Under the pieces are notes generated by a model that was given only the letters and a program-made list of their open reading frames with translations, was not told the origin of the DNA and made no database searches. 64,000 nt of DNA from Parasitella parasitica NRRL 2501 (Eukaryota > Fungi > Mucoromycota). Shown piece by piece: positions 25,700-38,869 of the stretch. The stretch lies in contig MU619281.1 of the NCBI GenBank assembly GCA_025201805.1, positions 84,094 to 148,093 of the forward strand, given 5' to 3'. Each line of letters begins with the position of its first letter. Position 1 is the first letter of the stretch. The translations under genes were made by a program, and so were the position numbers.

Positions 25700-25930
25700 C
25701 TCTCACAAAGGTACGGTAGACGCCTTGCGATCAATGATAATATATGGATCATTGGAGCTCACACAGAAGCGATCAAAGACGTCCTTCACAGACAAGGTGT
25801 TCGGTTCATCCATGACAAGATGCGATAGACTCTACAGAATGCTCGGGATCCCGACTTTTGCCAATTGCAGCAACATGTGAGTGCCTTCTGCAGGCAGCAG
25901 CAGAACGTATAACGTCTCCTTGCTAAGCGC
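25700..25930 (-). pseudogene. C-terminal fragment similar to the family at 20225-20800
   Basis: TLYVLLLPAEGTHMLLQLAKVGIPSIL*SLSHLVMD...VKDVFDRFCVSS, with an in-frame stop at 25832-25834. Confidence 0.45.
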
Positions 25931-26325
25931 ATGCTCGCCAATTCGAATTCTCGTATAGCCTGTTGGAGTTGGTAATTTAAAGTACTCTATACTGATGTCC
26001 TGTCTGGTGTTTGTTGCTAATCCGCAATTCTCGTAAGACGCTGTACATACCTATTTTGGCTCTTTTGGTAGATTTCTGGCTTGAGCTCTTCTAAAGGATG
26101 GGCCGCCAATTGCTTTCTCACCACAACTTGAAGGTAACAGTAATCAAACACACATATATATATGATTATAAGAAACATAAGTATAACCCAAGTTTAATCG
26201 TATCTGTTCATCTTGATAGTGAACACATCGTTTGTATACTCTTGTACATACATCACTATTAAGCTTTAAATCGTTTATTAACTGGGTATAAAATATGTAT
26301 ATGGTAAACTTGAACGTCCCAAAAA

Positions 26326-29300
26326 TTATCTCTTTTCTGAAGGAGGAGCAATGATTTTGAAATCATCAATTTTCACAAAGACTCCTCTTTGAGGGAAAGT
26401 TTCAAAATAACGCTTTCCATCTACAGATCCATCGTTGTTTCCAACTGCCAAACATGTTAGTAAAACAAGCATTTAGCATTGTAGGCTTATGCACTTACGT
26501 CTTGACTCCAGCTCTACGCCAACCCAGGTGCCTTTTGCAAACTCAACGTCACCAATGTATTTGATTGTACCTTGTGTTGGTAATGGGCGTCTTAGTAGCT
26601 CGACTTTCTGACCGACAAGCGGTATATGCTTGTATTTGCTTCCCGACTCATCATCACTACTATCACTTGTACTGTAACCTAGACTCCATCTTGATTTGCC
26701 AGGCGATTTGGCTCTGCGATTCTTTCTAGATCCAGCCTTTTGCTCATAATTCAGGCTGCTATTCTGGTTAGATTTAACTCTTACTGGCGTGTCAGGTAAT
26801 GAGAATCTTAGCCGTGTTGGTCTAGGTGCAGGCCCATCTTTATCAGCTTTAGCCGCTAGTGCTATCTCCTTGGATATGGTATCAATGGCTAGAAGTGTGT
26901 CTGTCAAAGACCCTGCAGATCCTTGACGTTGGCAAGATCGATAATGTATATTACTGCCGTTGTTATTACTGCTCTTCAGTCGAATACCTCCCACAGCCTT
27001 CACAATGTCTTCGTTGTCTGAATGATGGCCGTTTCCGTGATAGGGCAATGGAGAATCCCTCCGCAAGATTGGTTCTTGGTTGTTACTAGATGATGTCAAA
27101 GAGTGGGTTCTTCTATGCTGACTATTGTTTTGAGGTTGGATTGAGGCTGTTGCGCTTCCAAGCGACAGTCTCTTTGATGCGGTGGTAGTGTTGGGCGGTA
27201 TGGATTCTTCCTTGGATACAGCTCTTGAGACAGGTGTGTTTGATGCTTTTTTCGGTTTGAAGCTAAACATGGTCGAGAAATCATTCTCCAAAGGCTTATT
27301 CAGTGTACGTGCGGGTACATTAATATCTACCAAAAGAGGACATTAAATACCACTGCATATTATAGATTTATACAAAATAGTACCTTCAGCGATTAGCTTT
27401 AGGATATCCTTGTCAATAGTCGCAAGACCACCTTCAGCTTTAACTGACATCCAGCGCTTCGATAAATACGAGGCACACTTGACTCGCGCGTCCAACAAGA
27501 CGCTGTCCATAGCCACGTTTCGGACCATCTCTTGTCGTCCTCCCAAATCACGCACAATACCCTGGTACAGGATTGCCGCATTGCCATCATGAATGCCTTC
27601 CGTCAGCACCCGAGTCAATACAAATCCTAAAAAGTCGACAGAAAAACCGTACCCGATACCATCAACGCAGGAGAGCAGAATGGGATATTCGACGCAGTAA
27701 TAGTCAAAGTTGTTGGAGATCATGTCTATTATGTAGTACAGAAACTGATTCAAAATGTTTAGGACAGACAACGACCATGTGGGGAAGGGGTCCGCTCCAC
27801 GGAGATGAGAAAGACACAGGTGCAATGAGTGGAGTGCACGAACAGAGTTGTGCTTGCTGATGTTGGCGAACGTGCGCTCTGTCAACTCAGCAATTAGGCC
27901 CAATTCACTAGGCAATGTGTTGCTGGCAGTTGTAATGGACGACAAAGAGACTGACTGAGTGCTGTCCAATGCGTTGACAGGCTGAGGTGTGGAAGATGTT
28001 GCAGGCGCAGCAGTTGTCGTAGCACCAGGAGCTACTGACACTGCCGATGTAACGGGGGGCGGGGTAACAGCAGCTTTATTGTTGAAGATTTGCGATATCA
28101 CCTCTGTCCCGTCCGTCTTTGATGCATCGTTGTTACTAGCAGTTCCTGCTGCTGCTGCTGCTGCTGAAGCAAGTGGCTGCACTGATTGAGAGGAATTAAA
28201 GGAATTGACCAGAATCGCAAACGGTTTCTGAGACCAAAGTGGAGCCAGCGAGTCCAGCGGATCAGCATAAAGAGCGAGCAGCTTGTGTCTCAGCTTTGAA
28301 ACATATTTTTCATTCTTGTCTGCAAACAATAGCATAGAAGGTAGCAACACAGCACACTCGGTGCAGACGCATTTGAACTGATGGCAAATAACAGACATTT
28401 TGATCAACACGGCTTTGCAGATTGTGTCGTAGTGGCCCAGGAAATCCGCTGCGCTAAACACCTTTTGCAGAATACGCAATCCGTGCTTCTTTTCGTTCAA
28501 ACGAGCAATGTGGGGCTGAGACGTTTGGGAAGCAGCTGCAAACGGAGGGAGGATCAGCATATCCGTGTAAAAGTAGTGTAAGATGACTTGCAAAGCCGTT
28601 GATGAAAATATGTCTGATGGCATGTGAACTGATGAAGTGGATGCTTCTCGGAATTCAGTGCAGAATACAGCGTAAAAGTAGGGTGATTGGCTTGCAAGTA
28701 TGAATCGGTGTGCTGGGAACGACACTTGACTGGTGATTTGTTGTCCATTGGGCACATTGAAGATGTTGACCATTACATCGCAGTATATCTCTTCGTCCAT
28801 CATTCGCTTCAGATCACCCGTCCATTGATCGTGGTCCGCAAGAGGACCTACTCCGGATGGAGACGGGATCAATTTAGTGTCCAGTTTCTCCTCCAATGCT
28901 TTAATCTCATGTCGAATGCTATGTTCTACTTCAGACTGCAGACTGGAGCTAGCGTCGTCCAAGGACAGTCCTGCCACATGACTCGATAAAAGCGAAGCAT
29001 CGTCTAAAGGAGCAGAGAATTCAGCAATGTACCAAAAACGGAGAAGCTGGCCGAGTGTTGCATGGGGGATGACACTGCTAATGTCGATTGTGATTGCAGC
29101 AAGCTTTGTTTCCTCGTCTAGTTGAGCCATGTACTTTTTGCGAAATGGTTCAGGGACTCTGGCGATTAGCAGAGCTTGAAGGTCATTAGCCCTTTTTTGT
29201 CTTTTTTTTTTTNNNNNNNNNNNNNNNNNNNNNNNNNNNNNNNNNNNNNNNNTTGCCAACGGTGGAATTACTTGAGCTTACCTCGATGTGCCCATATTCT

Positions 29301-29405
29301 TTTGCTGTTGGGATACTCGAAGCATACATCGGCCACATACTCCTGTGCATTTTCTAATACATTGAATAGAGAATGTTTAAGTGTCTTTGTTGGACGTTCA
29401 AACAT
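26326..29405 (-). CDS. BTB/POZ-domain protein with a C-terminal CAP-Gly domain, 4 exons
   Basis: N-terminal ADVCFEY..RIWAHRALLIAR (BTB-like), a second BTB CDVMVNI..FPAHRFILASQSPYFYAVF..EFRE, and CAP-Gly GTIKYIGDVEFAKGTWVGVEL...GNNDGSVDGKRYF...GVFV. The first intron contains an N gap. Confidence 0.85.
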
Positions 29406-30309
29406 ACAGATCACAGAATAAAATTTGAAAAAGGGATAACAAGAGAAAAAAGAAAAGAAACTCGTTTCTGGTGCTTTATCTATTATTGATCTGTTACACC
29501 AATCTCAAAAGTGGCTGGAAACCTTCCACCACAAAAGCTGATGTTGAGCTGTACGGCATTATGGTAATGGCACGTTTACCTTTGCTGGACTGATAAAACT
29601 TGGATTTTTTTTTTTTACACAGCAGTTGAGCATCCATTTGCGGCTTGTGGCAAATTCATATGGCGGATTGAACACAGTAAAACTCTCGGTAAAATGCTCG
29701 GATGAACGGCAGCCACAGCGCGCATACATGTGTTCCAGGTAGTATCTTGGCATTTTTGACATATTTCATCATATTCTGTTACGCTATTGCGGAATCACCG
29801 CCACAGAAGGCCTATTTGGCTTCGGATATAGTTTCTCCTGAATTTGTAAACGTCTCGCAGTTTATTAATAGTATTCATCATCGACGCTGTATAAATAGCC
29901 CCTTTCCATGTTGCGAAAGAATCAGGTGAGTTTTACTACATAAAAAGCATCATGTTGTTTGTTGCAGAGTCTATTTCATTATACATTTGTACCCTATTAC
30001 ATTTGTCACCTAGAAATTTAGGGGCGCCTCCAATCCATAAAAACAAAAGGAAATAATCCAAAGTCAACATGTATCCATACACTTTTCTTGTGATAAAAAG
30101 CCAATTGACACTGTGACCATCATGGCATGTTTAAAAATGATAAAGACATGCTCTTTGTCTGTGGCACTATACACACTTTATTCTTTTTCAGTGCACGCTG
30201 AAAGCCTGTCTGCAACAGTATCCATTTGCTCCTTGCTCAAAGTCATAGCTCGCCCAAGCTAGTTGGATAGCGCCTTTTTTAGCCAAAATTAATCGGATTA
30301 TCTTTACAT

Positions 30310-30949
30310 AAATACTCGTCCTGTCATCCACAGGGGGCGTCGCCGTAAGGTTCGTATTCGTTGATTCTGTGTCACGCATTGTTTGCATAACCAAGTGCAA
30401 ACCACTGGCATTTTCAAGCTACTCGTAAAACATTTGAGCAATGCGCTGATGCAGAATCCGATGTTTTGCGTGCTCAGCGTAAACTTCGGCCCTGATCGCC
30501 TCATTTGACTATATATCAGGCCTCAGTTAAATTGGTACATGTCGAGCGCTCATAGATTTACTGGTTGTGCCATGGGTGGTGGTGAGTTACAGCGCATATG
30601 TATATATATATATATATATATATGTATATGTGTTGCTTTGAGACCTGTAGCTTATACGCAACACTAACGCTCCTTTCATGTTGCATTGTATTTGGACTCT
30701 ATGGCTTATATGGCAGCACCCGCCTTGGGCTATTCTGTCGATGCAAACGCATTTGTTTCTGCTTTTCGAGCAGCACCGGAAGCTGCCAAAATTACAGTCG
30801 AAGCTATCCTGGCTTTGCCGTTCACTTTCCATGCATCAAATGGCATCCGACATTTAGGAAATGTCCCAAAGTCAAAGGGGTCTACAGCACAGACTATGCA
30901 GTGCTTGCTTCTATTGTACTTGGCACAGCCTACTTGGGCCACCATGTAA
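30310..30949 (+). pseudogene. SDH3: Succinate dehydrogenase cytochrome b560 subunit (SDH3/SDHC) pseudogene
   Basis: RKLRP-(fs)-SPHLTIYQ-(fs)-PQLNWYMSSAHRFTGCAMGG, LPFTFHASNGIRHL-(fs)-KGVYSTDYAVL. At least four indels; an intron is retained. 5' boundary approximate. Confidence 0.8.
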
Positions 30950-31009
30950 CTTGTCAAAGATTTACTATATTTTATTTTATTTTTATCCTGGTTTTTAGTT
31001 ATTTTCTAG

Positions 31010-34000
31010 TCAAGCAGGCCAGCTCGTTGTGAATAATGGGTTTGATCCCATCAATATATCCATTTGAGGTGCGCTAGATGCTCTTGACAAAGTCTCCTTT
31101 GTGCCTTTTAGCCAATTGGCTTTATGTCCTGCTTCGTAGATTTGCTCCAACACTTGACCAAATGTTCCGTTTTCCTTGTATTCGAGATACTTTTTATACA
31201 AAATAAGGGCCTTTTGTAGAGAAAACGTATTTAGATAAAGCCTATATGCATTATTGCAAATAAAGACAACTTACTGTTCGAGCGTCTTCAATACTGTCAT
31301 GAGTCTCAGACTGAATATCTTGATGCAGAAGATGCCATGCCAAAAACCTCAGCGAGATCTTTCTCTGTCGATTACGAATGTGATAGATATCAACTGTATC
31401 AATGATTTGCTCGGGAGGCACGAGTATATCTGCGACAAGAACATTTAAATTACACTTTAAAAACGCAATGTTATAGCAGCACAACTTACTGATAATTCTG
31501 AAATCCTTGTTCAAACCATGCCCTATAAAGATGCAACCCAAGTCCACCAACAGTCGCAGTTTCTTGTATGCTACCTTTAACGGTACGAGAGTATGGTTTG
31601 ACTGCATGCGGTCAAGATCACCAGCCACTATGCCACTGAACTCGGTCAAATAGTCCACGACAGGTTCACTGGTAGCAATGTAATCGTCAATGAACGGCAC
31701 CTGTTCTTTGGGCCCATTGTTGCCGCGCAAAACACTGACGCGAGCCAGCGTTAATGTACTGGGTCGAATCAACGACTTTGTACCATCACTACGGATTTCT
31801 GTTTCTTCTTGCTGCAATGCAACAAATTCAGCATCAATGGCAACCAATGTGCCGGGTTTAGGCATTTCATCTCTTGTCAAGACCTCATGGCGAGGATGAG
31901 CATTGGGCTCCTGCGCAACCGTTAGATCTTCAAACAATAGCGAATAGTCCACTTGAGACGACAACACGTCCAAATCTAACAAACTGTCAAGGTCAACTCG
32001 TGTGTATTGAAGAACAGCAGGCGTCTTCCAGCTTCCCTTGTACGAAAAGACCTCTTCTGTACGGATTTTACGCACCAAGAAGTCGTTAAACAGATACCAA
32101 GGTGTCTCTGGTTCTGATTCGGGCGCTTGATGCGATAATTTAGTATCCTTTTAAAAGCCATAGGCATAAAAGAAACATAAAAACTTACTTTTGATTTGAG
32201 ATACTAAATGTGTTGATTCCTCCTCTGCTTGCACTTGTAAAATAGTCGCGGAAAGTTCATAGATGGCACACGTCTCTGGAGAGCCCTTGAATTCCGGTGG
32301 AATTTCTTTACCCATAGGCAACGCTTTGATCACAAGCTCTGTACCATTGATATAGATGCCGAATCTTTCGGGAAGCCAAGAAGAAGGTATGTTGACGGTG
32401 GTGGTAGTGGCAGTCGCTGTTGCTGCAGCATCCTCATTAATCGATCCCTGATCACTTTCTGTTGTCGCTGGCTCCTGAACAACCGTAGTTGGCCTTGGAC
32501 TGTTAGGCCCATTTTGCCTCCAAATCAACGCCTCCTCGCTGTTGGAAGCCCCCGAATTGATCAGCATGACACCAGGCAGACCGCAAATAATCTTTTTGGT
32601 AGTGGTAGGTTGATACTGATGACAGCTGGCACACCAGGCCTTGGTTTGGTTCTCTCGGTACATGCTTGCTTTCAAAATGCTGGTGAACGATCGCTTTCTC
32701 GATTTCCTGTCATTCTTTTTAGGATACAGCATATCCACGACAAACGGGTATGTAATGCGAGACACCTCCTCTTGGCAGCTGCCGCATTTGCTTTGGCTTT
32801 GCGTCTGCAAGCCAAACAATTGCTGCATTGTAGATGGGATTTCCAGCTCCCCGTCTTGTTTGGTTGCAATATTCCGCACAAGCGCTTTTGAGATTAGTGG
32901 ATTTGCCGATGGGATGTTGGATTCTTGATGAATCTGCTCCATGATGAATCGAGTAAAGTTTTGTATCAATGTCGAAAACGACAGGTTGCGGTTTGGTGTT
33001 TCAGGCTCAAATAGGCCCAGCGCAGACGCCTGAGGAATAGTGCTGAACGCTCTTAAAAAGTTGGTTGCTTGGCAATTCTGGCCCTTTGAGTCTTCCAGCA
33101 TACGAAACAGGAACCCCAACTCACACAACAAGCAGTTGTCCTTGGGACAGGCAATCTTGATGTGGCATTTGGCAATTTTTCGCAGTGGTTTGATGAAATG
33201 CAGCACTTGCAGAAGCGAGTTGCAATACGAATTTCTGATGTGTGTCTCGAGGCCACCGTATTGCGTCGAATTATAGTATCCAAAATCAAAATCATCCACA
33301 CCGAATTTGCTGTATTGAATCTCGACCCGTTGATAATAACGAGGCATGTTGAGCACTGTTGGATCTGCCACTGCTAAATCACCTACTGAGGAAGAGCGTC
33401 TTCCTGAATGGTGAGGACCATCGTCGTCTCCTACAAGCACATTGCTGGCTTGCAGCAATTCTCTTTCCTGCTCTGATCTGAATTTGGGGCCATTCTTTTT
33501 GGCAAGCAGTTTCTTTTTTCGAGGTATTTGGTTTCTATGGATGTTGCCTGGGTTAGGTGCATATCCCACAAAATCAATCGTCTTCATATTTTTCAAAATC
33601 TCTTCATCAATGGGCGCAGGTTGAGCGCCCACTTCATAGACCTTGTTATTTGGCCATACAGAGAGCAACGGTTCAGTATAGTATGGCATGCCCACCGTGG
33701 AGAGTGAACTGTCCTCATTCATCGTGGTTGTGGGCGGTTGAACAATATCAGGCGTGGTTAACGGTAAGGAGTACGGATTGACATCAAAGTCCTCACGGTC
33801 TGCGTACTGATATACAAAACTAGCACCATCTGCAAACACTAGCGTCTGTGCCGAGCTCGATATATCCATTGCCGTGATATAAGTCGATGTCTGTATCTGA
33901 TGAAACTGTGCTGGTGCTGCATAAGACCCCATTATCAAGCTGGAAACATCACACATCTGGAATTGGCCTGTCTGAGATGCCACCAAACAAGTGGTGCTTA

Positions 34001-34842
34001 ATGTCGGGTGCATTTTCAAAAACATGGGTCCACTGGGAAATGGAATGGGAGCCAGCGTTCTCACTGCCATTCGGATATCATACACCTTGACGAGTGGATC
34101 CATGATCAAAGAGCCTTGTCTTTGAGAGAAGCCACATGTCAGTAGCAAGTTACCCGACACATCCAGATCTGATAACGTAGCTGTGTGTGCTTGTACTCGT
34201 TGTTCGACCTTCATTGTTCGAGGATCTCTCAATGTCACTTCCCCCAATAATGAGCCTGCGCAAATGGAACGAGGCAAACTTTTCAGCACAACAATGTTGG
34301 ATGCATTAGCTATTTTTTGAGTTATTGCTCCACGGGCCAAATTGACGACCAGCATGTCGTCTTGCTGTCCTGCAACCAGCAATTCACCATTGGTCAATGT
34401 CGTTGAAGTCATGCAGTGCAGGTTTTGTGTCTGCTCGTTACTATAGTTTACATTAATAACTGTGTAANNNNNNNNNNNNNNNAAAACTGTTGTCTCCTAA
34501 CCTAATATTCCATTTCACTAGTCCTCGTCTATCTCTCATCTGTATGCTTTTGGGACTGAGACTAATTACGCCTCTGTCTGTAACACGTATTTGTCGAACT
34601 TGCTCATCTTTATGCGCTTTCCATGATGTATATCGCTGTAGTCCTTTTCCATAGTATGAACACACTCGACCCTACAGGCGGGTTGGATTATTCGATCGTT
34701 TGTTTGCGATATAAGCACTTACTGAATCGTTACCAACCCACAGCAGCTCATGATAGGGATCCCAACAAACAGCAGAAGCTGGAGACACTTTATTCAAATT
34801 GGTATCGCAGATATGCTGAACTTGGCTCCAAGAACTATCCAT
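31010..34842 (-). CDS. PAN2: PAN2 poly(A)-specific ribonuclease catalytic subunit (WD40, pseudo-UCH, DEDD exonuclease)
   Basis: [86 protein letters not shown]. Confidence 0.96.
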
Positions 34843-35341
34843 GGATGACTTATATGTGTGCGTATATGTGAAAAAGAGTGTTTCCGGTTTTGCTTTCTGC
34901 TTTATAACAAGAGTGACGTCTTAAATCAAACTTCATCCATGACCATCCAAGCTATTCTTATGCTCTTATACATTGATCAAGTGATCCCTTAATGTCCCTT
35001 GGTCCATGTATTAGAGGCTATCTTTAACAGCAAGTTTTTAAACTCTTTCATTACCGTTATGTCGATCTATGCAAGCATAACAAACGGTTTGCTGCTGCTA
35101 AGATGATCTAGCTCATTCCCATTCTGTTGTCATGGAAACCACCCATTTTGACAGCTTTGATTTCAAAACATTGCTATCGTTATCTAGATGATAAACATGT
35201 TACTAGGCAGCCCAATGTTCATAGTTTAAATAAGAAAAATAAAATAAATAAATAGATGAGGCCGAGAGGGGTTGATGAAAAATTAAAAACCAGGTGAAAA
35301 TATATAAAACTTCTTCTCTCCCTTCTTCATACTAGAAAAAT

Positions 35342-36797
35342 ATGGAAAAATACTCAAGATGGAGAGTAAGCAATGATAAAACTGAGATTTAGTTTCGACG
35401 CGCAAACCCATTTCCATTAAAAAAAAACCAATTTAGGATGCTGGTACTGGTATTCAACCTTTCTTGCCTCCAGTTGTAAGTAGGCATTTTGCTTCATCTC
35501 TTGGACCAAATTGACGCTTTACTCCCGCTGTAGCCTCCTCGCACAGATTCTAGTCTTTTAATTACGCTGTCAAATGTCATTCACATCATTGTTGGCCCTA
35601 TTCAGGGTATCATTAAGTTAGTCTTGATCGGTTTGGTCACATTGCTATACATCTTGAGCGTACATGTTATTGGTACATTGCTGGTAAACAAGTATTATGG
35701 CCTTTTTTTATATCTTAAATTTGCCAACTAAGTCAGCATGTTAGACACCTGCAGCTCCTCTAAAGCGGATCTGGTCAAGACTGTTTTCTGCGATTTGCCT
35801 TCGACTTGTATTGTTCCTAAGCGGTTTCTTTCACATCAAGACCGAAACTGTCTCCATTCGCAAAAGGTTGGTTTTGCTCGTTTTCACATGTCAATTCTGT
35901 GTCTATATAAAACACTACTAACTCAGTTCTGTGCATTTCAGTCGTGGTTCTAAAGGGGTCGAGTCGCCAAATATCAAACATGGCGATGTGATTGTAGCTA
36001 ATTGGACTTCATACATTGATATCATCTACCTCGCATCTAGGTAATTTGGCATCATCATAAAGATAATCACATGAAGCTAAATCTTGTCCTTTCAGGTTTA
36101 ACCCTGTGTTTACTCAAGTCTTTATGGACACCAAAAAAATCAAGGTCGTCTCACTTTGGGAAGCTATACGATTAGCTGGCAAGATTCCTGAATCGAAGCC
36201 ATTAAGCCAAGATTCCTTGTTTACAGTTCAAGAACTGTCTCTGAAAGCAAAGAAGGGTAATTGGGGTCCTATCATTGTGTTTGCAGAGGTAAGTTTTGAC
36301 AGACTCCCTTAAAAACTAGTGGCGAGGATATTGACGTACGTTCAGGGCACGACCACCAACGGCCGAGCATTATTGAAATTTGCACCTGTTTTCGAGGATT
36401 ACAAATTAAATCAAAAGGATGGAAACTTTCAAATCATGGCATTCAAGTATGAATACGGCAATATGCCTCCTACATTTACGGTCGGAAATCAATTCTTCCA
36501 CTTTTTCAAGCTGTGTTCTCAGGTAGCTTTGCTTAAAATGGATACATGTCTGAAATTTTCGCTAATTTATAGTAATAGTTCCACAATATACTTGTAGTCA
36601 AATCGCTTGCTCAAGGCGAAGCACCATGCTCACCGAATTCCATCGATTCTAGCGCTTTTGATTCTCAAGATCCAGTAGGAGATTTACTCATTTCTTCGCT
36701 TGGAAATGTGTCAAAACTTAGAAAGACCAACTTGAGTATGTCTGATAAACGTGATTTCATTTCTTATTACGAGTCTCGTCAAAAGAGCAAAAAGTAG
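35342..36797 (+). CDS. LOA1: Lysophosphatidic acid acyltransferase Loa1/Vps66-like, multi-exon
   Basis: Spliced MEKYSRWR|DAGTGIQPFLPP, ANWTSYIDIIYL, IIVFAE|GTTTNGRALLKF. Confidence 0.85.
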
Positions 36798-36820
36798 AAT
36801 AATAAACCTTGTTTTAATTC

Positions 36821-37797
36821 CTAAAATTCAGTAAGGCCCTCCAAAGCCAACGCCTCCAATGTTCTACTAATAGGCTCGGCGGTAAACCGAGTGCTTTGCT
36901 CTCCGTTGTATATGTCGCCTTCACTATCTATCACTGAGGGATCATCATAGAATCTATTTGCAGAAGACTCTCCAATTGTCCTATTCATGTATTCCACTTG
37001 GTCTAGTCCATCCATCATAACGCCATCCACATCCACGTCTACGTCTACTAGATAGGGGTCTTTAGCATGATCACCTTCACTTCTTTGTCTGGTCGAGTTT
37101 TCAGCGATAGCAGTTGAGGAAGAACTAGCTGCACAAACTTCGTCTGCGACAGTTGTTGCAATAGACGATGGCAATAGAGACGAATCTATGTTGATATCGG
37201 CATCGCTACTATTTGCTGGAGATAGTAAAGAGGGAGCATTGTTGCTGTTGCTTTTGCTGTTGCTATTGTCGTTATTGTTGTCGTTATTGTTATTATTATT
37301 GCAATTGTTGTTGCTGTTGCTGTTGCTGTTGCTGTTGTTATTGCTAATACTATTGCTATTGCTATTGCTGTTGTTACTGTCATTGTTATTGTTATTGTTA
37401 TTGTTATTGTTATTGTAATTGCTATTGCTATTGCTATTGTTGTTACTGTTGTTGTTATTGTTATTGTTACTGTTATTGTTATTGTTATTGTTATTGATAT
37501 TGCTATTGATATTGATATTGATATTGATATTGTTATTGCTGTTGCTGTTGCTGTTGCTATTGTTATTGTTGTTGCTATTGATATTGCTATTGTCATTGTC
37601 ATTGTTGTTGCTCTTGCTGTTGTTATTGCTATTGCTATTGTTATTGTTGTTGCTGTTATTATTGCTATTGTCGTTGTTGTTGTTATTACTATTACTATTG
37701 CTATTGTTACTGTTATTGTTATTGTTGTTGCTGTTGTTATTGTTGTTGATGTTGCTGTTGCTGTTGTTATTGTTGTTGATGTTGCTGTTGCTGTTGC

Positions 37798-37828
<31 letters not shown>

Positions 37829-38785
37829 GCTATTAATGTTACTGTTAACGTTGCTATTGTTGTCGCTGTTGACATTGATGTTGGCGTTATTCAAATTGCT
37901 ATTACTGGAGCCTGAGCGATGTCGAGCAGCAGGTGTATTTGGATCAAACAAGTTGTCCAGCAAGTCTAGAATATACCGTTATCATTATGGCTGCAATTAA
38001 CTGCGCACTTCAATACTTGCCATTTTTTCTCTTTTTATAATAATCTTCCTTTTCCTTTTCCTTTTTCTCCTTTAGGTCTTTCAGCTCTCTTTCTTCTTCA
38101 GTCATCATCTCAGGATCCAGAAACTTGAGGCGCAAACTTGTGTGCTTTCTAAAGTTCACTTGACCTCCCCACAACCAAACTGGAAGCGTCGTTGGGATGG
38201 TTACCTCGAAGCTCTTGAAGTTTTCCACAAATTCAAATTCTTCGCTGGATATGACATTTGTATGCAGATTGCGGACAAATTCTCCCAGAGCGCTTGATAT
38301 GCTCCACATTTGTAGTTTCCTCAAGCAGGCTACGACAAGTCCGGTTACGTCTGCGCCATCCAGACAGTGGATATACAGTGGATGATTTGCTGGATCGATC
38401 ATGAGCTAATTTTATTCAGTATTTGCAGATTCATAAAAAAGACGTACAACATTACCTGCAAAGCCATCAGTGTCTTGTTGTATGTCAGTGGTATATTATC
38501 CTCCTTCATCTTATCCACAGTCAGATGTAGCAGACTAATGTTGTTTTCTGTGCAGAATGCTTGCATTTCCGGCATGAATTTCTCAGGGATCAGTGAGAGT
38601 ATAGTCTTTAGTCGTAGTCTACAACATTAGGCGTTTAGCTGCATTTCTTGTTTCGATGGGACTATGTGAAAATACCTCTTTAGAAATCGCTTATTACGTG
38701 GTTTGGGATACCCTCCTCGGAATAAATTCTCTTCAACCATGGTAAATCGAAATGGTGGTATTAAATTGGGTAGTTTTACTGCCAT
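36821..38785 (-). CDS. Siw14/Oca-family tyrosine-phosphatase-like protein (Oca6-like) with an Asn-rich C-terminal insertion
   Basis: LIPPFRFTMVEENLFRGGYPKPRNKRFLKRLRLKTILSLIPE and PLYIHCLDGADVTGLVVACLRKLQMW. Confidence 0.85.
37238..37885 (-). repeat. Coding AAY/AGY-rich low-complexity tract (poly-Asn/Ser)
   Basis: About 650 bp of imperfect trinucleotide repeats, in frame within ORF 36821..37963. Confidence 0.95.
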
Positions 38786-38869
38786 TGTATACAGGTGTAT
38801 TGAGGAAACAACAAGCGTAAAATTGTCTCGATTACCAAAACACCTCTGAATGTGACTTTATTATGTGTG

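Noticed and set aside
37186-38000. Poly-Leu and Thr/Ile/Ala ORFs
   Set aside because: Alternative frames and antisense of the Asn-codon repeat, not genes.
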